From Epiperipatus broadwayi (taxonomy: Eukaryota; Animalia; Onychophora), in the NCBI GenBank assembly GCA_028023455.1, contig JAQFVV010000007.1, positions 17,918,001 through 17,982,000 of the forward strand: a stretch of 64,000 nt of DNA, in the 5' to 3' direction. The translations under genes and the position numbers were made by a program. The notes beneath the pieces are model-generated. The model had not been told where the DNA came from. It did not search any database and saw only the letters and a program-made list of their open reading frames with translations. Numbering within the stretch: position 1 is the stretch's first letter; every line of letters begins with the position of its first letter. This document shows, piece after piece, positions 12,431 to 25,070 of the stretch.

Positions 12431-13910
12431 CTATAATTTATCTATTTATTAAAGGCTGTTTACAAAATGTATACAAAGTGAAAAAATGCGGTCTGAGATT
12501 TGTGTTGGTAGATGGTTTGGATATGATGGAAATAAGATATGCACTGTTGAAAAATAAAATGGAAAAACTTAAAAAATATCATTACAAATTATATATACAT
12601 TGGCCAAAAACGTTGAAATCTATTTAGCTAAAACAATAACCTGAACTTAAAAATGGTTTTAGCTCATTAGATTATATCAAAATATTAACAAAATTATATA
12701 AAAGACCAATGAGTATGGATTACCATTGTGTGGCAATTTATAAATTTAAAAATGCCTAACGTTCTTTGAATTTTTATTGTGGAATTTGATTCAAAATACA
12801 AAATTTTTGAAATGTATAAAGGCAACACCATTTATTAGACTAGTTTAATGAATTTAAATAGAAGTAAAAAAAATAAAAGGAACATTTTAAAGTAATTTAG
12901 ATTTTTATAGATAAAGTAATAATGTTTGCAAGTAATGCTTTAGAGTTTCAAAAAATATTACAAGAGGCATTACTAAAAGGAAAAAAGTAAGTGTAAAAAA
13001 ATAATGTTCAATGACTTTCAGTTTTTAAAAAAATAAAAATGTGAAGAATTTAACTATAAATATCTTGGTCAAATTATTAATAAAGGATAAAATATAATTG
13101 TAAGAAATTCCATTCTGTAAACATATCTTAATATTAGAAGATACATGTGGAAATAACTAGTATAATAGTTATTTTGGTCATTTTGCATTAGCTGAGTAAT
13201 CTATTAATTAAAGAGGTACTGAAATGTTTATTAACAACATTTGGTTCGTTAGTCTAAAATTGAGATTTAATATAATATTGACAAAGGGGGGGGGGGGGGA
13301 GGAGTGACGACGATATAATATTGTATTAAAAATATTTGATTTTTAATTTATCACTTGTATGGATTTAAAAATGAATTAAAATATGCACTTTTTCATGCAA
13401 GTTAGAATTAGCCATAATAAATTATGGTTTTTACCATTATTTTCAAACTTAGTAAATCTATTAATCCCTATGTACACCTGGGATAGCTAAAGTCATTTTT
13501 ACATTGGTTAACAATTTAGTAAGTAAAAAGATGTTTGAAATGTTCATTATTAGCATTTGTTTCTTCATGGAGGCTAAAAATTACATGTAATGTTGGGAAA
13601 ATGCTGTATTTATTGTATTACAAATATATGACTTAAAATTCATCATTTACATGGGTCTAAAAATGAGTAAGAAGTGGACTCTCCCATGAAAGTTAGAATT
13701 AGTCCATACATAAATGAGAGTGTGCTTACATGTGGATAGTAATGATTTTTACTTTTGTTCACAAACTTACTAGATTTGTTATTGTTTATGTATCAGCTAG
13801 TACAAATGGTCATTTTGATCTTTTTGAATCACATAAGCAATCCACTAAATAAAAAAGTGCTAAAATGTTTATTAACAATATTCAGTTCATTAGTTAAGAT
13901 CAGAAATTAT

Positions 13911-14690
13911 ATCATCATCATCATCAACCATTATCAATCCACTGCAGAATGAAGATCTCTCCAAGTTCAATCCATCTTCCCGATCTTTAGCTTTTTTTCT
14001 TCACATCACCCCTGCACACTTTCTTATTTCATCCATCTCACATGTGGTCTCTTTCTGAGTCTTTTATAATCTCTTGGAATCAAGTTTAAGATTTCAATTG
14101 TCCATCTATTATCATCTCTTCTAGCAATATGTCCAGCCCAACTCCACTTCAGTCTTTTAATTTTTTCAATAAGGTTAGTAATACCTGTCTGTTCTCTTAC
14201 CCATATACTGCATTTTCAATCACTTCTTGTTACTCCTAACATGCATCTCTCCATACTTTTTTGAATGATCTGAAGCCTCTGTATTGCTCTTCTATTAAGT
14301 GTCCAAGTCTCAGATCCATAAGTAAGAACTGGTAAAACACATTTATTAAAAACCTTCCTTTTTAAACACATGGAGAAAATTCCTTTTAGTATCAAGTTAT
14401 TTCTACCAAAAGCACTCCAACCAAGTTTAATTCTATGACTAATTTCATTCATTATGTTTCCATCTATATTAATAATCTGATCAAGGTATTTGTAGCTGTT
14501 AACTTCTTCTAACTCATCATAATCAATCTTTATTTTCATATTTTGAGAAAATCCATTGTACATTGCTTTAGTCTTTTTAACATTTATTTTTAGTTCTACT
14601 TTCCTACTTTCATCTGATAACTCCTGTAACATTGCCTGCAACTTTAAAGCATTATTTGCAAAAACAACTACATCAAGAATAGTTTCATCC
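13911..14690 (-). mobile_element. 5'-truncated RTE-clade LINE, same family as 9127-10570
   Basis: Same 3' terminus (catcatcaaccattatcaatccactgcag on +). ORF 14216-14692 contains YKYLDQIINIDG...RIKLGWSAFGRN...VLPVLTYGSETWTL. Confidence 0.92.
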
Positions 14691-14831
14691 ACATATCAAT
14701 AAAACAATCCAATATATTAATATCATTCATTTGTAATTGTTTAGCAATTATACATTCAAGAATCAAGTATTTTATTTTTTTATTATTATTATTTTTTTTT
14801 TTTTTTTTTATTTTTTTTTAATCTTCATTCA

Positions 14832-15162
<331 letters not shown>

Positions 15163-15519
15163 ATCTTAACCAAGTAAAAAAAAGCTTAGGATCAGATCTT
15201 TATAACTGTTCAAGCAGATATGTTTGGATTCACAATGTTAAAGAATTTTAAATTTTAGATTTTTTGCTTGAATAGTCATCCTGTAAGAATCGCACTGAAT
15301 TGCTTTTGATGTCTGGTACAATAAAAATAAAAAGTTTTAATCTTATGTTAAAGCCTACATATTAGTAAATTATTTTATTTATGTCTTAATTTAGATTTAG
15401 CCATATTGAGAGGAGTTCTAGAAGGAATTTTAGAATGGACTGAGAATGGATTAAGACTATTCCCTTTTTAAAAAAAATAATTAATGCAAAAATAATAATA
15501 AGTAACAACTCTCTCTATA

Positions 15520-15690
15520 CAGTAGCACCACCCAGTGCAAAACATAGTAATCCATGAATGCTAGAATGTTTGTGCATCAAAATCCCTATATTCTGCCTAC
15601 TCTTTCAATATCCCTAGACCAGTTTCTTGCTTGTGGCCTTCATCAGTAAAAAACCTTGGGTATCTGAGAGCACTGTCCCTAGATCAAATA
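15520..15690. mobile_element. Single TIR arm of the MITE family at 35845-44946
   Basis: TA|CAGTAGCACCACCCAGTGC... aligns with the left arm at 35845. Confidence 0.55.
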
Positions 15691-16347
15691 CAACCCTCCA
15701 GAACCTACATTTTAACTGTTTGTTTAAGCACAAGAAATGATTATGTGATGTTTTAGTGGGTTAATAACAATAATACGCCCCAGTAAAAAGATGATTCACT
15801 CTCTCTCTTTCCAAGCTTGAAGTAGTGCCATTACTGAATTAATGCATATGTTCCATAGCCATGTTTTATCTATTTGCCTTAAAATGTTAAGTGCTAGCAT
15901 GTCTGAATCACAAGTTATGACATGAAATGTGTGTTTTATATTTTAATTCATGAAGGAATAACATGCTAATATACAACTCTGCTTTAAATTTTCAAAATAA
16001 CTAATGAAATGTTGAAATGATAGTAACGCTATGTCATGAAAGAATAATGTCAAATGGTTTGCAAAGTTTTGTGATTGCAAGTAGAACATTGAAGTTGTTT
16101 TACAAAGGTATAAAACACAATGTCACAATTCATGTCATAACTTCTGATCGAGATACAGAAACATCTCAAAAGGTTTGTGGTGAAGAGCAAAAGTATATTG
16201 CTATGTAATGCATGTATTGATCTAAAGATGGACATGCAAATAGCTTGGAGAGAGAATCAGTCAATTTTTTACTGGTACATAATGTTTTATGTGCAATAAG
16301 CTTATACAAAACATTTAAAGATATATTTGATCAAATGTGAACGTGTG

Positions 16348-16424
16348 TATATATAACTGAACAGGAAGTAAAACTGAACAGGAAGTAAGTGATGCTTCAG
16401 TTACTTCCTGTTCAGTTATATATA
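16348..16424. repeat. Perfect 24-bp inverted repeat with an internal 17-bp tandem duplication
   Basis: tatatataactgaacaggaagtaa (16348-16371) pairs with 16401-16424. aactgaacaggaagtaa is repeated at 16355 and 16372. Confidence 0.9.
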
Positions 16425-16633
16425 AACTGTTATTTATTATTTACAAACATATGTATGTGTAAATTAATTACTTTAATTAAGTTCATGATGACTTAACATA
16501 GAGGTGATTTTACCTTTTATTTGAAGTTAGTTCTCCTATAATGAATAATATTGCTGTAGCATAATTTTCACTACACCTATCTTACACAAAATAGGGACTG
16601 GTTTTCTCCATTTTTAATACCTTGTAGATGAGT

Positions 16634-17358
16634 AATATATGAGTTTTTTCTACAGTACAGGCTTTTTCATACCTGCACTCCAATATGTAATATAACTGAG
16701 ACTTTCACATGACCCCCAACAATCCACGATATCTCATACTGCTGACTCACTTGATCACAGACATGTTGAAAAGATAAATAATCACCAAACATGATCAAGC
16801 ATGTCAGCAGTATGAGATAAAGTGGATAGTTGAGGGTTGTGCAAAAGTCTGAGTTCAAATCCTTTATATATTACATATTGGAGTGCAGGTATGAAAAACC
16901 TGTACTGTAGAAAAAAATCATATATTAAAAATATAGTTCTGTAAGGTCTGCCCATCCCTCATATATGTATGCACGTGGATTATGTCCTGTACCTGAAGGG
17001 TTGGTCAGATTGACTTATAGTCAACATGGGTAGGTTGGCACCATTGTGGGCTTTAGGTGTTCCTTCATCAGATTTTCAATGAAATGGATGGATGAAGAGT
17101 TGTGGGATGGAGTGGATTGAAGCCTGTCCATTAAAGTATGAAGATTGGCTATCTTAATATAAGTTAAGCACTGACAATATATATGTGTGGAGATGATTAT
17201 CTGGACCAACTGATGTGTGCTGGTTTAAGCATGAAATACATATATTGGTGATTATTTATCTTTTTGACCTGTGAGTGATCAAGGGTGTCAGCCATATGAA
17301 ATAATGTGGATAGTTGAGAGCATGCAAAAGTTTGAGTTCAAACCCCTATATATTACAT
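16634..17358. mobile_element. Subfamily-1 hammerhead repeat insertion (inverted segment plus sense monomer) with 13-bp TSD
   Basis: cttgtagatgagt at 16621-16633 and 17359-17371. Degenerate hammerhead at about 17197-17254 (CTGATGT). Both flanks are a split subfamily-2 copy. Confidence 0.75.
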
Positions 17359-18569
17359 CTTGTAGATGAGTGTAATCATAATTATATGACCAAAAGCATG
17401 TGAAAAAAATGATATGATTTTCAAGATGCACATTTTATGCTGAACCTAAATTATAGTTTAGGTTAATTAAATTTAGGTAAATCCCCTGTTGGGCCGGTTG
17501 TGTGTTTGTAGAGGGAAGTAAATTAAAGAATAGGAAGAAAAGAGAAAAAAAAAATACACATTAAAATCTTTATTAAGCAATTTTCTTTATTTTTGGAATT
17601 AATTCTATTAGTTTTCCCCATAATTAATAGTTTATACTTAAGGTGAGCTATCAAGGCATCTTGGAGTTTATACTGAAGTTGAGATTTGATACATGATAGT
17701 CTTTAATCACTTCTGAAAGACAGCAAATAATACAAAAATGTCTGCAGAAATACACGTAAAAGCACTAAGACCTAATCTGATCATTTGCCTGCTCTTGGGC
17801 AAAATGTTTTAAATTTTTATTCTGAATCCTACTATTATTTCGAATGAATCTTATTAAATACCTAATGTCTCAAACTTGCAGGGGTCTTTTACACTCTCAA
17901 TATTTTATTACCAAATAACTTTCAAAATGAAATACAAAAGTTAAATCACTCATTATAAAAGAACGAAATTAACATCGGTTTAATTAAATGCACTGAGAGA
18001 ATTTAGAAAACAATTAATTAGTTTTACAGGAACAAATACATTTCCCTTTTTAAAAACAGGTCTTTAGAAATTTAATTATTGCAAACCTAAACAAAATACA
18101 GTTAAAAGAATGTTTCAAATTTATTTTAAAAGCTTTTAAAGTGCATTTATGAATTAATTTGATAGTGGAAGATTGAACATAAGTCAAAGCTTAAAATTTA
18201 TGTTTATTATATATGGAACTTTTGATATGAATAGGGTTTGTAGCAAAATTAAATTATTTTTTTCATAATTACTATTTAAAATATTTTTAAAACTACTAAA
18301 TATAATAAAGATTTTTAATTAAACTGTAGACATTGGTATTGTAATGAGAAACAGAAACAATTTGCATATGCAATCTAAGCATTCCCAAATATTGAGTCAA
18401 AAATGTTTTCTATCTTATTATGGGAGATTTTAACTGTTAACAAAAAATACTATTTATAAAAGTAATATGTATTTTATATTTCTTAATAAAAAATATCATT
18501 GAAATAAACACAAATTATATAAAAAAATGAAAAAATAAATTTCAAAATAAATAAAAATATACCACTCAC

Positions 18570-18653
18570 CTTGGCCAACAAAATGTAAAATTTTGCATTA
18601 AGCAATGAGTGATCACAATTAGAACTACTCTTTTCCTCTGATTCATTTGCCAT
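18570..18653 (-). other. Candidate 84-nt phase-0 exon (MANESEEKSSSNCDHSLLNAKFYILLAK)
   Basis: ttttgtacctag|ATG...GCCAAG|gtgagt; open frame, no homology recognised. Confidence 0.4.
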
Positions 18654-19387
18654 CTAGGTACAAAAATTAAAAATATTGATTTACATATTCTTTAAAAATA
18701 AATTATTAAATGAGACAAAATTGAACCAAGAGATTATTACCAAGTATTTTCAATCTGGAACACAATGGTTGCAAACAAAATAATAGAGGCGCTTCAGAAT
18801 CAAGATGGACTTGAAAAAAGAGTTTTGGAATTTTTTAAGTAGGATTTTCACATAAATAAACATTCATTCTGTATGTATGTTTAACATTTAAGGCATAATG
18901 AAAGCTTTTTCTTATGTAAGAATTCTTTAGCATACTTTTTATAACATTGTTTTAATGATTCCATTTTACACTATCGTATGCCAGTTTGGCATTCAAAATT
19001 CAGTGAAATTTATCTTTAAAAAAGCATAAAACTACCACACACTATGCATGAATATAAATCACAATGAATATAATTCATTTCTCCTTACAATCCTATTTTT
19101 AAGCTGATGATGCAATATCATTTTTATTGTTATTTTTTTCATAAAAGTTTTTTTTTTTATAAAAAGTCTATGTGGATGTGTGTGCAAAAAAAAATATGTA
19201 TAAGATTTTAAAATTAATTGATAAACATTTTCAGGTATATATAATATTAATATATTTGTGTTATATCAAAATGAATTATTTAAAAATAAAATTACTTTTG
19301 ATTATAAAAAAATTAAGTTAGGGTAATACCAATTATATATATATATTCATATGTATATATTATATATATATATATTCATATGTCAAA

Positions 19388-19459
19388 TGCATTGACTGGG
19401 AAGCAAACCTGGGCCAGCTGCTTGGAAGGCAGCTATGCTAACCACTAGGCCACCAATGC
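19388..19459 (-). pseudogene. tRNA-Gly(TCC)-derived pseudogene
   Basis: GCATTGGTGGCCTAGTGGTTAGCATAGCTGCCTTCCAAGCAGCTGGCCCAGGTTTGCTTCCCAGTCAATGCA. Anticodon stem GCTGC/GCAGC is intact; T-loop and B box are degraded. Confidence 0.85.
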
Positions 19460-19599
19460 TTGACTATTGTTTGATAAAAAAATTGGCCTTATATTATTTA
19501 CTATATACTGTATATGTTTTTGTATGTAACATATACATACATGTGGATACATTAACCAAACCCAATAAGTAATTTATTTTGCTTTCCATTTAAAGATCT

Positions 19600-21200
19600 T
19601 CTACATGATTGTTTTCTACCTCAGATTTGGATCCTGATAGCACAATAAAGATATTAATTTTTATAGAAAAATAACTGTTACTAATAGTGATTGATAAATA
19701 ATCTTCTATATAATTTTATTGTAAAATTTACATAAACTAATAAAAACTGTCATTCATTATGTTTCCATTTTGTAACTCATCTTCATATTTATAGTCATTA
19801 ATTTTTTAATATATCTGATTATCAATCTTTATTTTTTCCTTCTGAAAAAATTCATTGAACATTATTTTAGTTTTTTCAAATTTATCTTTAGTTTTATTTT
19901 ATTACTCTCATTTAATAATTTTTGCAATATTTCCTGAAGCTCTGAAGCATTATTTATAAACAACCACAACATCTGAAAAAATTAAATGTGTCAATGTATT
20001 ATTATTCCGTTAGCTTCTTACCTTAAGGTACAAAATACTTCTTGTAAAACTGTTAAATTTTTTTGGAGATATGGAATCATCCAGATCTACACCTTTATCA
20101 ATGTTAATGTTAATTTCACAACTTTTTTTAAATAGTGCTTTATATTTTTGAAACTTTTCTTTTCTATAGCTTATTTATCATTTCACAAATGTATTTTCTT
20201 GTATCACTTTACAAAACTACAGAAATTCAATTCTTTTTAGTTGATCATTTAAAAAATATTTTTAGATTTCCTCTTTTCTCTTGTCTTCTATTTACTGATC
20301 AATTGTCATCTTTTTGTGGCAGCTATGTTTCTTACAGTTTTTAAAAGAGTATCAGTTATCTCCTTAGTGTTTCTAGTTAAGTTTAAAACCATCTTCAAAG
20401 CCTATCAACATTTATAAATGATTGGCAAGTTGTAATTTAAATTTATTGGAAGGTTTCAAAAGGCAAGAAATAACAACTGTTGCTAACAAATTTTTTAACA
20501 GTTTCCATTTTTTAAGTTTTGCATTTACAAGTATCTTGATCTAACTGTTACTTCCTATGAAGTATTATAACTTTATCTTTCTTATTGCATTGCCAAATCC
20601 ATATAATATTAATATCATTTATGTTCTTTATTACCTTTTTACAATGATTTTTACAATCCATTATTGACAGTTTTGATTGCCCAGTAATCTTTTTCACAAC
20701 AATAATATTTTGTTTATGCATATTTGAATTCATGTATTTGCATTGTGTTTGTTATAGTTCTGAAGAAGATTGCTGGGGCAATCGAAATGGTCAATAGTGT
20801 ATTGTAAAAAGCATTGTAAAATAGTAATATAGAACATATATGATATTAATATTATATGTTACTTCCTATGTTGAATCTATTAAGAATACTGCAATCTGTA
20901 AATTCATATTTTTGTTGTTAATAAAAATATAATCCAATTCATATTTTCTATTGTTAGTCAAAATATAATTTAATTTTATGTCTATTTCCATTTAGAATTT
21001 TTGTCAAAAAAAGATTTCAGAATATACAATTTTTATTTTTCTGTAAATTCCAGAAGTTTGTATTCCCATCTTATTTCTGTTATCATAACCAAATTTACTC
21101 ACAACAGTTTAATTTTTCACTTGTGTTTTTAATCTAGCATTTAACTCTTCCAATATTAGTCTAATCAAAAGAATTTTTTACATCCACATAAAATGCCTAG
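19600..21200 (-). mobile_element. Heavily decayed RTE-like LINE fragment
   Basis: tttttggagatatggaatcatccagatctacacctttatc (about 20060-20100) is the KGVxQGDSISPK region of the younger copies. Boundaries are approximate. Confidence 0.6.
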
Positions 21201-22599
21201 ACTTCTTCATCACAGTGTAATCTTGTTGCAGCACAAAACTGGATCATCTAATTTTGGTATCTTTCATTAAATTGAATAATTATTTTAAATAAAAAATGAA
21301 AAGTACAACTTTGTGAATATTGATTACATGTTAGACAATGTGGCAATATTAGTAATTTTTATTTTCAATATTTATGCCTTTACAATAAAATACCTGTTCA
21401 CCTTTCAAATCAATCATTTTTTTACTTTTCTCCTTTAACTTCATGAAGTCTAACAATGACCCATTTAATATTATATTGTTTTTTCAATTTCCATAATCTT
21501 CCTTTACTTGAGAGTGATCTACAGTCACAGGTACTTAAATGAAAGGTCATCATCAAATGATCTTCTGGGTTCACAATCAGATTTTCTCTACCTTCAGACA
21601 CCAGTTGCTGCCTTGTCCAAAAAGTTTACAGCTTCCTAGAAATAAAAGGCATGATTTATTTTTCTCAGTTATTGTTATAAATATCTAAAATTTGATCATT
21701 CATGCACACATTTACTTGCTTTTAAAGACACTCAACTGAAAAAAAAGAGAATAGTGTTTTAGGTCATAAATTCAAAAATAAAAAGCTAATAAAATCACCA
21801 TGCTGTTTTATTGCATGTTGTTGAAAAGCTTATCCATGTTTAAAGAATAATCATATAGTAATAACAGCAGCAATAACAAGAACATGTGGAGTGGACATTA
21901 ATATATATATATATATATATGAAAATATTCAATATATATATATGTTGAATTAAATATTTCCATTGATTGTTATTTTAATAATGGGAGATCGTATCCATTT
22001 AAACAGAGTTAACCTTTAATCTTTGTTGTTGCCAAGAAATGATTAATTACTATTAATGGTCAATTCTTGGCTTTCAATTAATGAACTCTATTAAAGATAA
22101 GTTATGATTATAAGAACTTATACATTTAGCAGTCACTTTTATCTTCTTTGTAATGCCAAGCTAATGGTCTTAAAAACACTAAGAATTTAAATCTGTCAAA
22201 TTGCTTATGTAGTTATATAGATCTCACTAGGCTAAAAACTTTATACTTCAGTGGCATCACTATAGAAGCTTTCACCCATTACTAGAATTGCAAATAAACA
22301 ACAAAACATCATATGACTTTCTCTGCTTGCATTTACTATCTTCTTATATCGTAAGCTTGAGTAATAAATAAATCCTAAGTAGTAGTAATACATTATAAAC
22401 CATATTTCAGACTAGTTTCTGATGGTATGGAAGATAGCATCATTTAATGATAACTTAAGAGATGCCAATGAAAAGAATGAGTTGATTATTTTTCCTAAAA
22501 GCATATTTTGAATATAAACAAAGAAACCTCATACTTTATAGTCATATTATCCTAAAGCAATATATAGCTAATATTTAAATATGTGTATATTGTCTATAC

Positions 22600-23465
22600 T
22601 AAATGTAATTATAAGGGACTTGATCTCAGATATTCAAGCTCCCCACATCCATCCAGTCCATCTTATACAAATGATACACATGACCACATACATGTAAAAA
22701 AAACCAAATGTTCTCTAATATATGTATTTCATGCTGAACCAGCACTCATCAGTTAGTCCAGATCACCATCTCCTACACATATATACAATCACTGTTGAGT
22801 TTATATTAAGATAGCAAATGTTCAAACTTTAATTGACAAACTTCAATCTTCTCCAACTTTTCAACCATCCATATCATTAAAAATCTGAGAATGAAATATT
22901 TAAAGACCTTGATGGAGCTAATATTATTGTCATACCCATGTTGACCATTTAAATTAATCTGATTCCTCACCCATAGGACCTTAATATGTTCATATAATTA
23001 TACAGAAGCACCTATTCAGTCTGTATTTTGCCCATCCATCTTCTATATAAATAAATGGACATATTAAGATCCTATGTGGACATATTAAAGTCCTATGTGT
23101 GAGGGATTAGATTGATTTCAATGGTCAACATGGGTATAAGAATAATATTGGCATCATCAAAGACTTTGAGCATTTCATACTCAGGTTTTCAATCATATGG
23201 GTGGCTGAAGAGTTTGAGAATGGAGATGATTGAAGCTTTTTCATTAAAGTTTAAAGATTTGCTATCTTAATATAAACTGAATAGTGATTGATGCATGTGT
23301 GTGGGGAGGGAGTATGATCTGGACCAATTGATGAATGCTGGTTCAGCATTATACATATATTGGAGATCATTTATCTATTTCACATGCATGTGGTCATGTG
23401 TATCAATTGTATAAGAGGGATTGGATAAATGTGGAGAGTTTGAAAGTCTGACGTCAACTCCCTTA

Positions 23466-23475
<10 letters not shown>
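22600..23475. mobile_element. Palindromic pair of subfamily-1 hammerhead monomers in divergent orientation
   Basis: About 22602-23010 is the reverse complement of about 23015-23470. Motifs at 22709-22765 (-, intact) and 23315-23369 (+, GAAA lost). Confidence 0.8.
22709..22765 (-). ncRNA. Type-I hammerhead ribozyme, best-preserved copy, AUA cleavage triplet
   Basis: Minus strand reads tgatct gga ctaa CTGATGA gtgctg gtt cagcat GAAA tacatat A/ttag agaaca. Stem I ctaa/ttag is a compensatory double change from ccaa/ttgg. Confidence 0.8.
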
Positions 23476-23511
<36 letters not shown>

Positions 23512-24655
23512 AATAAAATAAATTAGATATAAAAAAAATAATAAAAAAAAAAAAAAAAATAAAATAAAAAAAAAAAAAAAAAAAAAAATATATATATGTT
23601 GTTTTTATCAATTATAGCTACAACTTTTCTATTTCAAATGGTAAAGCTTCATGATCAGAGTTCAGCATTTATAATAATGTTATATTCATTTTCCATAAGT
23701 CAAAAAGTATTGACTTAAAAGCTTCAGTTATCTATAAAAAAAGATTGAATGTCATTAAATTGTATCTATTTCAATGCAGAAGCAGATTTTTTTTTTTTAA
23801 AAAAAAACAATATCATTGGTTGTCTTTTTTTTCACCATTGCCATGTCACATAATATAAGCTTTAGTAACTACTAAATACCAGATAGAAATGCTTATTAAA
23901 TCCTGATTTAGCACTGTTCTATTCAATATCTTCAGATTAGTTTCTAACTTATGGCTTTCATTGGTGAGAAGTTTTAGATCTCTTAACAGTGTACTTTTAG
24001 AATGTGATGCATCTTTTTTCTAGTAGCCATCTTTACTTCTTTGTTTTACTATCAAGTTATCAGCCCAAATTAAAAATACAAATGTTTTCCAGGTCCACTG
24101 TTCCAAGATCTAAAACTCCTGACTGATAAAACCCATAACGTAGAAACTAGTTTGGATATAAAGTCTGGAGATATTAGGTAGAATAGCAGTGAACAATGGA
24201 TTTAATCAACACTATCATCTGGCATTTGTTAGTTACTAAAGCTTATACTAGTGGCATAGGAGTAATGGGAAAAAAGGAATATGCTGCTAAAATAGCAATA
24301 TTATAAACTGAAGTTATGTGATGGAGTCATGTAATATTGTTGATAATTGGTTAGTTAATTGAGTTTCTGATTGGCCAATTAATGAAGTCATTTGTTGAAT
24401 GCCATTTTTGTCAAGTAAAATATAGTCTTATATCAGTTAAATGGTAGATGATTGCAATAGTAAAAGTCTAGATAAATATCCTCAAGAGATGGAAGTTGGT
24501 TCAGCTTCAGAACCAGCTAGAAAATTAAATATATCTCAGTGCAACTAGTCCTGATTACATGTTTTCATGTATACTGAAACACTCTCACAATCTAATCTAA
24601 CAGTTTTCATATTCTGTCTTTAAGTTAAATTTTTTTTTTCTTTCTATATGTCAAA

Positions 24656-24726
24656 GCGTTGACTGGGAAGTGAACCCAGGCTGGCTGCTTGGAAGGCAGC
24701 TAAACTAACCAATATGCCACCAATGC
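24656..24726 (-). pseudogene. Retroposed tRNA-Gly(TCC) copy with short flanks, A-tail and 10-bp TSD
   Basis: GCATTGGTGGCATATTGGTTAGTTTAGCTGCCTTCCAAGCAGCCAGCCTGGGTTCACTTCCCAGTCAACGC. taagttaaat is duplicated at 24621-24630 and 24732-24741; T-run at 24631-24639. Confidence 0.85.
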
Positions 24727-24932
24727 TTGACTAAGTTAAATCTTTTAATAAATATAGCTAAAGAAATGAATCTTCAATAAAACAGTTAAAAGTGAAAAAT
24801 ATAATGCTATAAAATGGTAGCAACTTAATTGTTACCTGTAGAAATAAAGACCCTACACATCACTACAAAACTTCTGTAAACACCAATAATCAAATGGCTT
24901 AAAAGCATTTTACATTTTCCAAAAATACATAG

Positions 24933-24955
24933 CCAATAAGAAAACAGCACGTGAC
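24933..24955 (+). promoter_or_regulatory. CCAAT box plus E-box composite (CCAAT-N9-GCACGTG)
   Basis: agCCAATaagaaaacagCACGTGac at the start of a stretch that locally retains CpG. Motif match only. Confidence 0.3.
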
Positions 24956-24994
24956 TTTATTGTGAGAGTTTGTAAAAAGTTCAAGCTCCAGACC

Positions 24995-25070
24995 AGCGAT
25001 TGTCAGAATCGATCCTAGGACTTCCTGATCCGAATAAGACATTCTGCCAAATGAGCCAAATCAAGCAGGG
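24995..25070 (-). other. tRNA-like (SINE head-like) sequence
   Basis: Minus strand has A-box-like TGGCTCATTTGG and B-box-like GGATCGATTCT at tRNA-like spacing. Confidence 0.3.

Noticed and set aside
19388-24726. Functional tRNA-Gly genes
   Set aside because: T-loop/B box and stems are mutated and one copy has retroposition hallmarks, so both are called pseudogenes.
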